Positions 50,901 to 61,035 of a DNA stretch of 64,000 nt are shown here, piece after piece (position 1 is the stretch's first letter; each line of letters starts with the position of its first letter). The translations under genes and the position numbers were made by a program. The notes beneath the pieces are model-generated. The model did no database searches. It was not told the DNA's origin and worked only from the letters and a program-made list of their open reading frames with translations. This DNA comes from Prorocentrum cordatum (taxonomy: Eukaryota), in contig CAUYUJ010000070.1 in the NCBI GenBank assembly GCA_963575745.1, forward strand, positions 1 through 64,000. Direction: 5' to 3'.

Positions 50901-53900
50901 GAAACAGCATTGGCGAGCAGGAAGACACCTGACCGACTACGACCACAGCCCGGCCCAGACATTTGCAAGAACCAATGCAGCTACGACTAGGACACGCAAG
51001 CGCGACAGCACAGCAGAAAGCAAATGCGACAATAAGTACGACGTAACAAACGGGCTACAAGACGAGCACATATAGGTAAACTCTTGGAACAATACCGGGT
51101 GCTCCAGCGAATCGCCGCGATCAAATCGTGACGGGGGCGCGCGCTCATCGCAGAAAGGCGTGGCACGGATAGGGAATTTACGCGCGGGCAGATTGTCCAG
51201 TGGAGTCGAATTCGCAGATTTCCGCGAGCAGCTTTAGCACTCCATTCGACCGGCCGCGACACCTGGCAACCGCGACGACGCCATGCCGCCACTGACTTCC
51301 CAAGAGTTCGACAACGCATCATCCGCCCCCGAGCGCGGCAGAGCACGAGGCCGGAGCGGAATCCCGGCGAAAAAGTTGAAACATGCTCCGCCACAACTAG
51401 CGCAAACTATCCTACTGCGCTACACAAGGGTTTTCCGACCAGACCACACCAACCCCGCAACATTGGCGACGGATGGTCATCGCAGTCATCCCTAAAGCAG
51501 GGGGCCTTTCGCAATCTCAGACCCACCGACCAATTTGCAACATGCTTTCATTTTACAAGCTCTTCAGCACGTCCCATGCACTAGACTGCAGCCGCAGTTA
51601 GAACGCGAGAGCATTTGTTTACATTCCACGTCCTCCGGAAAAGAGCATTCGAATAGGGCCGGCCTTTTTGGGCATCTGGACTCGACTTCACGAAAGCATA
51701 TGGCGCGCTTGAACGCGACAGCCTCCAGGCGGCGCGTGATGGCCAGGGCGTCGCAGCAGAGATGGGCCATTTTTTACAAGAGCGGCTCTACTCTCAGCGA
51801 TCAGCGACAGCGCAGAAACATTCGACCAGTCGCCTATCCATTTAGTCCTAGGCACGAGACCGGCTGACCCCCTCAGCTCGCAACTCTTCAATTCGCTCCT
51901 GGAGTGCATCGCGAGACCGCTCGCCGCCAAGTGGCAACAACGCACCCTAGGAGTCAAACTTGGATGTTCACCAGACGCGCCGCCTCACGAACCCTCGCTT
52001 CGCTGACGACGCTCCATTTATAAGCCAGACACTCCCTCGCCTCGCCGCGACGCTCACGGATATGGCCACGGCAGCACGAACACACAAACTTCATTTACAT
52101 CCCGACAAGTCGTTCATCCGGCCCAGCTTGTCTGGGCGCGCGGGGCTGCGCTGCTCGCGATGGGCGTCGCCCGATGGGCGGGCGGGGGCCCCGTGCGGAC
52201 TTTGGAAGGGGCCCCCGTCGTGGAGTTTCTCCGCGCGGCCGCAAGGCGCGCGACGGGCGCGTTGCAATGCGCGGAGGGGGCCTCAGAGGGGTGGCGTTCC
52301 GCGCAGGCGTTTCTCTGGATATCGCCCAACAGGCAACCGCGCGTGCGAGGGGCGCGTGGGCGTGGGAAGTGGGCCAGGGCGCCGCGCGGATTTGGCCGGT
52401 GGGGCTTCCGGCGCAGGCCCTTCAATCGCCGCGGCGCGCGCGAAGGGCGCGCCGCGACGCCGCGACAGTGTTGCGGGGCTTCCGCCCCTTCGCTGTCGAC
52501 CCCGCGCGGCGATGCCACGACGCTGCTGCGCCGCGGCCCACGCAAACGCATTCAGCTGATTACAGCAGCCAACAGCACGCAGCATGCTACACATTTGCGC
52601 GAATCACATCTTGGACACCCAAGAATCCGCGACACGCTGCCCGGTTGCATTTTGATGTTGCGATCTAGGTGGAAGCTCCATGTTGTTCGGGAGGGTAAAT
52701 GGCATTGCGTTTAAAACAGTTGGACTCCGTTCGCTATGGAGTCGCAACTGTATTTGCAAACCTACACTTCCCACGCAAGCGTACACTACACTGTTTTGGA
52801 AGTCAGCAGGGTTAGACTGCGTTGCGTCTCGTCTGTTATGACGGGAATGTCTCCTTTGATTTGCGTACCCGAGCACGTGCGGCTCGAGGTCATCCGTTGC
52901 GATGTTGGCTCCAGCGCGTAGCGTTCTCAGTCGTTCGTCGACGCCTCACCGCGGCGCTCGAGTGGCGCCCGCGCCGCCCAGGCCAGCGAGCGTAGGCTGG
53001 TGGGTTGGCTGAATCGGAAAGAATCGTGTGCATCGTGAAAATAACCCTCTGTATTCATTTTGCGGCAGTGGCAGCAGTTTGTTCGGTGGTGGGCTTGCAA
53101 TCTTGGCCCCATTTCCTATTTTGTCGGTCTCGGGCGCGAGAAGGGCGAGCAGATTTGGACTTCCCAGCATTTGCCGAGAGCGGGGAGAGGATCGGCGCTT
53201 GGTCCGACTGTCATCAGCTACAAAGTTCAGATCTGCAAGTGCCAGAAGGGCGGGCAGACGCAACGGAGCGCCGCTGCTGGGCGTGATTGGGCAGGGCCGC
53301 GCGAGCCGCCTGCCGGCCGCAACAAAGCTTGGATCAGCGCGTGCGAGAAAGGCGCAGCGTGGCAGCCGGCAAGTATTGAGATGGTGCGACACGCGGTCCC
53401 CTCGGCGCATTCTCACTTGTCATGCTACAGTGGGCTAGCGTGCCAGTTGGGTCTCATATTAGATTGGTGCTGCGGCCCGTCGGCGCGTTCCCAGCTTCAG
53501 TGCTGCAATGGGCCTGCAAAGAGCGGTCCTGCTTGCTTCTGTCAATGGTCCGTTTTCCCGTTCGTCGTGCAGATTGTCTTGATGTACGAATGGTCTCGCT
53601 TTCCCAGCACAGGCAATTGCGAAACAAGCTGGAGGGCATCACCTGTCGTCCGTTGTTCGGAATAGGGTGGGCTTCAAACTGGGTTGCTGTTGTGATGTGC
53701 TCATCTTATTTCCCTTCACGCCTACGAGCTTGACCCCGCGTGCGGAAATGTACCGAGGGACATGGGGCGCGGCCAAGAAGGCGGAGGTCTGTTCGACATT
53801 TATGGTCGTTGCGCGCTGCCTGCGTTAATTTCTGGTTGAGCCGTGATCTGTCACATTCGCGCGTGCTTATCCTTGTCGTCTCGCTGTTCAACATGGTCAG

Positions 53901-56739
53901 GGTGCGCGGTGGTGTAACATGTGACATCGTCACGGCGTCTTGTCCTTCTTTCCTTACTATTTTGATGTTGCGCAAGTCTTGGCCAGGCCGATCCTGGGCC
54001 AAATATTGGTGTGCATGCCTTCCTGGCCAGGCCAAGAGGACGTGTGCGCCGATCTTCGGCACAGGATGCACCTGGCCAGGGTCGGCGCGCGAGGAAAAAG
54101 GCGAGAGGAGAGATGAGGAGGAGGAGGAGGAGGAGGAGGAGGAGGAGGAGGAGGAGGAGGAGCAGGAGGAGGAGGAGGAGCAGGAGGAGGAAAAAGAGGA
54201 GGGGAGGAGGAGGAGGAGGAGAAGGCGGTGGAAGTGGAGGAAGAGAAGGAGGTGTCCTCCCGGCAGGTTCTGCAACGAGCTGGGCCGCCGCGACTACGTC
54301 ACCGGAATGATGTGGAAGAACAAGGGCTTGGTGCAGGGCAGCTGCACCGGCTTCTTCTTGTGCCTCAACAGCAAGTCCTCTAAGGAGATCGAATGGCATT
54401 GCAAGCACTACAAGGGCCGCGGCATCATGAAGTCGTTCAAGGACATGACCGAGATGGCCAAGTTCTACAACATCCCGATCGCCAACATCGACGCCACCTT
54501 CAAGGCGTACAACGAGATCGCCGAAAAGCAGACCAAGGACCCGGACAACGGCCCTTACGAGGCCTTCAGCGCTAATGGGGGCCAGACAATCTCCGATCCC
54601 TTCTGGCCGGCCCGGATTTGGGAGCCACGTGGAACCGACCCCTCCCCTCTCGCCCATTTTTGACCCGGGTTTGGGAGCTGCATCGCGGTTGGTCTGGGCT
54701 CGCGACATGATCCTGTGTGGCTCGGGGTTGGCGTCGACCTGGGTTCGCGCGCGCCCGAGGCGTACGGCGGCGGCAAGTCCTGGGATCAGTGGGGCAAAAA
54801 GTTCTTCCACAATCTCCCCATGGACGTGAACGACTCTTTTCACGTTGCCATTGTGACGCCCGTGATCCACTACTGCATGGGCGGCATGAGCATCAATGGC
54901 GACGGCGAGGCTGGCTGCCGCCGACTGCGTGAAGATCCTCCGACGCCGCCGTCGCCTTCCCCGTCTCTGTCGTCATCGCCGCCGCCTCCGTCGTTGACCT
55001 TGTCGCTGCCGCCGCTTTCGCCCTTGTCGCCGCCGCCGTCGTCGCTGCGGCCGTTTTCTCCGTGGCCGTCGACGTTGCTGTCGTCGTCGTCGCCGCCGTC
55101 GTCGTGGTCGTCGTGCAGGTCGTCGACGTCGTCGTCGTCGCCGGTGGCGGCAGCGGCGGCGTCGACGTCGTCGTCGCCGACGTGGCCGCCGCCGCCGCCG
55201 TGATATCCGGGCGGTGGCGAGGCCCTGAAGGCGGACGGGTCCGTGCTCGGCGGCCTGTACAGCGCGGGCGAGGCGGCGGGCGGCATCCACGGCAACAACC
55301 GCCTCGGGGGCAACTCCCTCTTGGACCTGCCGAGGCGAAGCATCAAGCAGTGGCCGAGCGTCCTGCCCCTGATGGGCCTGTTTGCCACCACCACCACCAT
55401 AAGTTGGAGGAGGGGGATGGGGTCCTCCTCCTCCTCCTCCTCCTCCTCCTCCTCCTCCTCCTCCTCTTCGTCCTCCTCCTCCTCGTCCTCCTTCCCCTTC
55501 CCCCCTCCAACTTATGGTGGTGGTGGAACACGCCCATCATGACCCACCTATAAGCCCATCCTATAATGTTATGAGAACGTTTTGTGGTTTGCACGACGTG
55601 TTCTTCGAGCATGTGGGGGCGCGCATCAAGAAGCCATGTGCTTTTCGTTAGGGTTCCTTTGGTTTCTTCGCTCCTCGCGCTGCGCGGTGACTTCCCGCAG
55701 CCGTTAAAGGAGCTGCTGCGTTCAGGGTGCTCCAGGTTTCCCCTCAGGTGCACCTCGCGCACGGGTTCTCAGGGCTGGGTTTCTTGCGAGGGTTTCTTGC
55801 GGCCGCGCCCGCACTGTAGGCCCACCAAGTGATGTTCTGATAACGTGTTGTTTGTTTGTACGATGTGTTCTTCGACCATGTCTGGCCGAGGCAGTATAGT
55901 TTTCCAATGCGTTGTGCTTTGTTGCTAGTGTTGTTAGAACGTTTTTTGTTCTAAGAGCGCGTCGTGGTAGACCTGTAGGATTGCTGCTAAGGTCGGCCCC
56001 TGCTGAAAAGGAGAAACAAACAGCATACACCTAAACTTCCGGAGCCCCGCGCAGGTTGCTTGGATCGCCTCCAGCAGCGCCCCTGGCGTGCTCCCTGCGC
56101 CGAGGAGGGGGGTCCAGTGCCGATCCAAGAAATCCATGCGGAGCTCCGAAAGTCTATGTTTATGCAGTTTCTTCGTTCCTCTACCAGGAGGCGAAAATCA
56201 ACGGCAGGCTGGCGCCGCGTCGACGCGGCGGCGACCCCAGCGTGGGGTTCAAGCTTGAACCCTTGGCCGGCCGATATCGAACGATCTGCGCTACCAGACA
56301 GCCTCGATTGCTGAAGGTTGAGCCATCCACGTGGTGTCAGAAACCAGCGACGAAGACGTCGCGACACGACCTCGCCGCGCCGAAGTTCGATGATCAAGGC
56401 CTTCTGACGTTTCTATTCCTTCCGGGCCTCTGGATGCCCCAGGAGGCCTCCTGCATGCCTCTGGAGGCGTCCAACTCCGGCCTCCATGACCTCACTACGA
56501 TACCGATCCCGACCCCAACGTCCATATCGTGTCGGAGGTGTCTGGGCGCCTCTTGCGGGGGGAGCTGCGGCAGCGGCGTCCCCGGGCCCTCCCCCCCAGG
56601 ACTGCGTCGTGTACGGCCGCGTCTCGGGCCGGGCCGCCGCGCGCTACCTCACAGCGGCGAACATCAAGTGCGAGGACGGCGACGACGGCGAGGATTACGG
56701 CGACGACGACGACCACGAGACGACGACAACGACGACGAC

Positions 56740-56780
<41 letters not shown>

Positions 56781-56811
56781 GGAGGAGGACGAGGACGAGG
56801 ACGAAGACGAG

Positions 56812-56849
<38 letters not shown>

Positions 56850-56856
56850 AGACGAG

Positions 56857-56892
<36 letters not shown>

Positions 56893-57368
56893 GACGAGGA
56901 CGAGTACGAGGACGAGGACGAGGACGAGGACGACGGCGACAAGGACGAGCACTAGGATGAGGACGAGGCAGTGCGCTGCCTCACGGCGGCGAACGCCGAC
57001 TGCGACGACGACGACGACCGAGGGGACGGCGGTGAACACGACGACGACGACGAGGACGGGTGCGTTCCTTAGGGGAGCGTAACATGACATAAACAGAACA
57101 ACTCGGAGGTCCGAGTGGATTTCTTGGATCCGCGCTGAGCGCGACAGGGACGGCGCGCTGGAGGCGCCGCCAGTGGGCCTCGGCGTTCCCCGGCGACGGC
57201 CGATCCGAGAAATCCGCGAAGTCCGAGAAATCCGCGAAATCCGCGGAATCCGAGTAAGTCATTCTTCGTCCCCCTAGTTCTTGCGGCGGCGACGACGGCG
57301 GCGCGGCGACGGCGCCGAGGTACGTCGACTCGGTGAAGGCGGGCACCGCCGCGGCCGCCAAGCTCTGA
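34465..57368 (+). CDS. Soluble FAD-dependent fumarate reductase (flavocytochrome c flavin subunit, Osm1/Frd1-like), 11 exons, 502 aa, C-terminal AKL
   Basis: join(34465..34473,36422..36538,37134..37424,37688..37816,39029..39259,39448..39515,54267..54561,54760..54909,55222..55323,56600..56667,57320..57368) gives 1509 nt with no internal stop. Motifs: [90 protein letters not shown]. Confidence 0.9.
34630..36045. repeat. Intron 1 compound microsatellites (CATCTA)n, (GCTAT)n, (TTTGC)n, (GCTAA)n
   Basis: Direct observation. Confidence 0.93.
36422..36538 (+). CDS. Fumarate reductase exon 2 (FAD-binding GxGxxG)
   Basis: [43 protein letters not shown] acceptor, AAG|GC donor. Confidence 0.92.
36546..36718. 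mobile_element. Palindromic foldback element family M2 (intron 2)
   Basis: ~65-bp imperfect inverted arms with core TTGGATCCGCGC / GCGCGGATCCAA. Confidence 0.7.
37134..37424 (+). CDS. Fumarate reductase exon 3
   Basis: [13 protein letters not shown]...[14 protein letters not shown]...LMEKLE; GAG|GA donor. Confidence 0.93.
37427..37684. mobile_element. TIR element family M3 forming intron 3 (introner-like)
   Basis: GAGGA|TGGTGGGCCCGCTTTCCACCACC ... GGGTGTGAAACATTTGCACATCA|GAGGA. A related copy lies at 55370-55539. Confidence 0.6.
37688..37816 (+). CDS. Fumarate reductase exon 4
   Basis: [48 protein letters not shown] donor. Confidence 0.88.
37856..38815. repeat. (TATG/CATG)n microsatellite in intron 4
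   Basis: Direct observation. Confidence 0.95.
38845..39025. mobile_element. Foldback element M2 abutting the intron 4 acceptor
   Basis: CGGAGGTCCGCGCGGATTTCTCGGAT ... ATCCGAGAATTTCGCGCGGATCTCCG, ending GTTCCCCTA 3 nt before exon 5. Confidence 0.7.
39029..39259 (+). CDS. Fumarate reductase exon 5
   Basis: [15 protein letters not shown]...TGDGLKM...[23 protein letters not shown] donor. Confidence 0.93.
39261..39440. mobile_element. M1 MITE forming intron 5 (introner)
   Basis: TIRs TTAAGTCGGGTCTGTCCCTCTACAG / CTGCAGGGGGACTTGCCCGACCTAA (19 of 25 complementary). TSD CGCCAAGG / TGCCAAGG. Confidence 0.85.
39448..39515 (+). CDS. Fumarate reductase exon 6
   Basis: [22 protein letters not shown](R); AG|GC donor, phase 2. 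Confidence 0.92.
40681..42783 (+). mobile_element. Family A HINE-like element copy 6 (89-bp monomers) in intron 6
   Basis: Same head as copy 1; tail ATGGTTGGGTCATCGACGGCTAA. Confidence 0.7.
42784..46055 (+). mobile_element. 5'-truncated decayed non-LTR-like retroelement (RT, Zn-finger, RNase H) in intron 6
   Basis: [31 protein letters not shown] (~43616-43627), CERCG...HRAWSC, RNase H-like KVDSH...LNDLADRIA, terminal CHYCG and CLSCG. Multiple frameshifts. Confidence 0.75.
47710..48005. repeat. (GAT/GCT)n microsatellite
   Basis: Direct observation. Confidence 0.9.
48535..49890. repeat. Degenerate ~75-bp tandem repeat (CAGCATTCCGACCTCCAGCCTCCAGCATCCGAC), interrupted
   Basis: The motif recurs at 48535-48965 and 49440-49890. 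Confidence 0.75.
49274..49433. mobile_element. M1 MITE, 8-bp TSD AGCTATGG
   Basis: TGAAGTCGGGCCGGTCCCTCTGCAG ... CTGTAGGGGGACAGGCCAGACCTAG. Perfect TSD at 49266-49273 and 49434-49441. Confidence 0.87.
49915..52115 (+). pseudogene. Heavily decayed LINE ORF2 (APE + RT) in intron 6
   Basis: Fragments [46 protein letters not shown] and LHLHPDKS occur in the correct order. Confidence 0.75.
54267..54561 (+). CDS. Fumarate reductase exon 7
   Basis: (R)[16 protein letters not shown]...DNGPYE; CAG|G acceptor, GAG|GC donor. Confidence 0.92.
54760..54909 (+). CDS. Fumarate reductase exon 8
   Basis: [16 protein letters not shown]...[24 protein letters not shown] donor. Confidence 0.92.
55222..55323 (+). 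CDS. Fumarate reductase exon 9
   Basis: [39 protein letters not shown] donor. Confidence 0.92.
55370..55539. mobile_element. TIR element family M3 in intron 9, enclosing a (TCC)n tract
   Basis: Perfect inverted core CCACCACCACCATAAGTTGGAGG / CCTCCAACTTATGGTGGTGGTGG, with termini TGATGGGC / GCCCATCA. Confidence 0.8.
56006..56183. mobile_element. Foldback element M2 (intron 9)
   Basis: CGGAGCCCCGCGCAGGTTGCTTGGATC ... GATCCAAGAAATCCATGCGGAGCTCCG, ending GTTCCTCTA. Confidence 0.65.
56600..56667 (+). CDS. Fumarate reductase exon 10
   Basis: [22 protein letters not shown](K); AA|GT donor. Confidence 0.88.
57070..57275. mobile_element. Foldback element M2 (intron 10)
   Basis: Termini TAGGGG ... 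CCCCTA; arms CTCGGAGGTCCGAGTGGATTTCTTGGATC / GATCCGAGAAATCCGCG. Confidence 0.7.
57320..57368 (+). CDS. Fumarate reductase exon 11 (terminal, [15 protein letters not shown])
   Basis: GAG|G acceptor, phase-compatible with exon 10. All codons end in G or C, and TGA follows AKL. Confidence 0.75.
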
Positions 57369-57464
57369 GCCCCCCGAGGTCAGCCGCGGCCAGGGTCTCT
57401 CTCTCTCTCTCTCTGTCTCCGCGTGGCGCGCCGGGCCGTCCAGCCGTCGGGGGGCTGCCGCCAC

Positions 57465-58130
57465 CTCGATCCTCCTTCTCCTCGATCCTCCTCGATCCTC
57501 CTCCTCCTCGCTCCTCCTTCTCCTCGATCCTCCTCCTCCTCCTCCTCCTCCTGCTCTTCCTCCTCCTCCTCCTCCTCCTCCTCTTCCTCCTCTCTCCTCT
57601 CTCCTCCCTCCTCTCTCCTCCTCCTCCTACCTCCTGCTCCTCCTTCCTCCTCCTCCTCCTCCTGCTCCTCCTGCTCCTCACTCCTCCTCCTCCCCCTCCT
57701 CCCCCTCCTCCTCTTCCTCCTCCTCTCCTCCTCCTCCTCCCTCCTCCTCCTCCCTCCTCCTCCTCCTCCTCCTCCTCCTCCCCCTCCCCCCCCTCCGCCT
57801 CCGCCTCCTGTCGGCCTCCGCCTCCGCTCCTCCTCCTCCTCCTCCTCCTCCTCCTCGTCCTCCTCCTTGTCCTCCTCCTCGCCCTCGGCCTCCTCCTCCC
57901 TCCTCCTCCTCCTTCTCCCTCCTCTCCTCCTCCCTCCTCCTCCTCTCCCTCCTCCTCCTTCCTCCTCCTCCATCCTCCTGCTCCTTTCTCCTCCTGCTCC
58001 TCCCTCCTCGCTTTCCTTCTCCTCCTCCTCCTCCTCCCCTTCTCCTGCTCCCTCCTCCTCCTCCTCCTCCCCCCCTCCTCCTCCTCCTCCTCCTCCTCCT
58101 CCTCCTCCTCCTCCTCCTCCTCCTCCTCCC
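57465..58130. repeat. (TCC)n-rich tract
   Basis: Direct observation. Confidence 0.95.
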
Positions 58131-58618
58131 CGTGCCAATGCTGTTCTATACTCCTCTGGGGGAGTCGGCTGGTCACGCACGGGGCGCCACTAAGGGCGTG
58201 GATTCCCCACGCCCGACGAGCACCCCTGCCGAGCCCCCAGGGGAGTGAACAGCGGGGCGACAGTGGCAAGAGGCACGCTCAAGTGCCCTCCCAGCACAAG
58301 GAGGATGCGTCGCCCTAGACCGGACCTCCTCCAGCAGTGCTTATATTGCCCACCTTGCAGGTTCGGGTCGGAGAGCCACAGGCCCCGCCTGGGTGGTCAC
58401 CCTGGTGGAACACGTTTCGCCAGTGACAGGCTAAGCATGGCCCTCCTGAGCGAGGTTGACGCCAGCTGCCTGTCGGCTCCGCCAGATGGTCTCAACGAGG
58501 ACGCCGGAGGATTTCTCCTCCAGGAGCCTGCCAGCAATACTGGCGATCCTACACACCTTCCTTAGGAGGCATGCGCCTCCATGACACTGCCCGGTTTTGT
58601 CAAATTTCATTCGGACAC

Positions 58619-59947
58619 GTCGGAGGGTCTGACCTCCAGGACGCAGCCCGGCGGCAATGCCGGCGGTCCTGCACATTCTCATATCCTAGCGTGTGGCATG
58701 TGTCCGTAGGACATGGCCTGGCGCGAATGCCAGCGGAGAAGCATTCCAGTCGGAGGTTCTGCCCTCCAGGACACAGCCCGGCGGAAAGGCCGGCGGTCCT
58801 GCGCAATCACCGTTGCCCATCTTGCAAGGAAGGCGGTCAATACCTCGAGGTCGCTCACCTCGAGATCTTTACTTCGTTGTCTGAAGGCACACGCGGGCAT
58901 ATGCTACGCTTGGCTCTTCGTGCGCAGGCGAAGGCCAACGGCAGTGCCAGATCTCGTGCGTCCACAGATTATGCACGCACGTCGCGAGGCATTCGCCTCA
59001 AGGACACAGCCCGGCGGCAAAGCCGGCGGTCCTGCACAATCTAACTCTCTCCGCTTATCATGGCCTCGTCTTAGACGGTGGCCAGCGGCCGTGCCAGCTG
59101 TCGTGCACCGCGGATGCTGCGCACATGTCGCGAGGCCTTCGCCTCAAGGACACAGCCCGGCGGCAAGGCCGGCAGTCCTGCTCAATATCTTTTCGTCTGG
59201 CTACCACGGTTGTCTCCTATTAACGTCATTGCCAGTTTTCGTGCAATCGCAGATAATGCAGTATGTCGCGAGGCAGCTTTCGTGCGTCCACAGATTATGA
59301 ACGCACGTCGCGAGGCATTCGCCTCAAGGACACAGCCCGGCGTCAAGGCCGGCAGTCCTGCACATTTGCACTCTGCTGCCATGGTTCCTCCTATCAGACG
59401 TCGACCAGTTTCAGTTCCAGCTTACGTGCATCCACAGTTTATCTAAGCATGTCGCGAGGCATTCGCCTCAAGGACACAGCCCGGCGGCAACGCCGGCAGT
59501 CCTGCATAACCCCATGTTGTCCGGCTTGCATGGCTGACTCCTACCAACGTCATTGCCAGTTTTCGCGCAATCGCAGATAATGCAAGTATGTCGCGAGGCA
59601 GTGGCCTCAAGGACACATCCCGGCGGCAAGGCCGGCAGTCCTGCACAGTCTCACGCTTTGCGGCTACCATGGGTTGTCTTCTAGTCGACGATGGCCAGTG
59701 TCAAGGCCAGCTTTCGTGCGTCTACAGATTATGAACGCACGTCGCGAGGCGTTCGCCTCAAGGACACAGCCTGGCGGCAAGGCCGGCAGTCCTGCACAAT
59801 CGCACACTGCTACCATGGTTATCTCCTATCAGAGGCTGGCCAGCTCCATTTGCAGCTTTCGTGCATCCACAGTGTAACTGTGCAAGCATGTCGCGAGGCA
59901 TTTGCCTCAAGGACACAGTCTGGCGGCAAGGCCGACAGTCCTGCATA
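58619..59947. repeat. Array of nine ~58-bp double-hairpin repeats with divergent spacers
   Basis: Core GTCGCGAGGCATTCGCCTCAAGGACACAGCCCGGCGGCAAGGCCGGCAGTCCTGCA, or variants, at 58619, 58749, 58981, 59127, 59307, 59451, 59590, 59741 and 59890. Confidence 0.9.
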
Positions 59948-60489
59948 ATATCATTCTGTCCGGCTAACATTGCTTATCTCCTGTTAGACGCTGGCCAGCG
60001 TCCAGGCCAGCTTTCGTGCATTCACAGATTACGCTCACGCCACGGGCTGGCAAGGGGATCCCCTAGACGCCAGGCCCACGGCGATAACACCCCTCGTGCT
60101 GCGCGGGCCTCGCGGCCCGCTCTTGCACGCGCCGCTCTTGCCTTCACCTCCAAACTTCTCCTCTCTCCTCCTTCCTCTTTGTTGTCGTCAATCGCTGCTG
60201 TCCCCACCGCGCGCCGAGGCGATGATGCGGGGCACAGGGAAACGGACAACTGAGGACCCCCCCAGGGAAACGGACAACTGGGGAACCGACTCGTCCTCAA
60301 TGACTCGCCAAGCTCATCGTCCCCGAAACCCGAAGGGGTTTTGAAGGTCGGAGATGCCCCTCGCCGTGAGCCTTCTGGGGGTCGCGCCCGATACGAAACT
60401 CTCGAAGTTCGTATCCTCCCAGTCTTGGGCAGAGGGCCTACGTGAGGCGCGCCGGCCTCAGCAGGTATGGTCCCAGGATGCGTTCTGGG

Positions 60490-61035
60490 CCAGCTTGTTC
60501 ACTCCGCCGCATCGTCCATGCCAGCAGGAGGTGAGGAAAACATCGCCTCTCAGATGGTTATGCGGCCGCGGGTCGAATCGTATTCTTCGGCGCGCGATCC
60601 CCTTGCCTGCCGTCGCGTCGCGTTGTGTAACCGTAGGGGTACGCAGCTCAGAGGTGGCGTGAGGACACGTTGGCCACATATTATCTCAGCCACCTACTCC
60701 CTTGTTGCACCCTGCCGCACGCGCACGCACTGGCATACAGCGCTGTTTACTCTGAGTCTCATTACCTTGGCGTCTTCACTCCGCCGCATCGTCCATGCCG
60801 GCAGGAGGTGAGGTAACCATTGCCTCTCAGCTTGCCGTCGCGTCGCGTCGTGTAACCGTTGGGGTACGCAGCACAATGGTGGCGTGGGTTGACGTTGTCC
60901 ATTATATCAGCCACCTACTCCCTTGTTGCATCCCGCCGCACGCGCACGCACTGGCATTCAGCGCTGTATACTCTGAGCCTCATTACCTTGGCGGCCTCGC
61001 TCCGCCGCATCGTCCATGCAGTCAGGAGGTGTAGA
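60490..61035. repeat. Degenerate ~220-280 bp tandem repeat (just over two units)
   Basis: CTCCGCCGCATCGTCCATGC occurs at ~60502, ~60779 and ~61000, with matching intervening sequence. Confidence 0.85.

Noticed and set aside
52560..54090. Non-repetitive intronic sequence that might be a decayed coding element
   Set aside because: No consistent frame or recognisable motif.
58210..58255. Hammerhead ribozyme core (CCGACGA...GTGAAC; also CCGATGA at ~61144)
   Set aside because: Lacks the exact CUGANGA and GAAA core in the right stem context.
58619..59947. True CRISPR array
   Set aside because: The repeats are long, the spacers are homologous to each other and uneven in length, and there are no cas genes. 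Kept as a structured-repeat finding instead.
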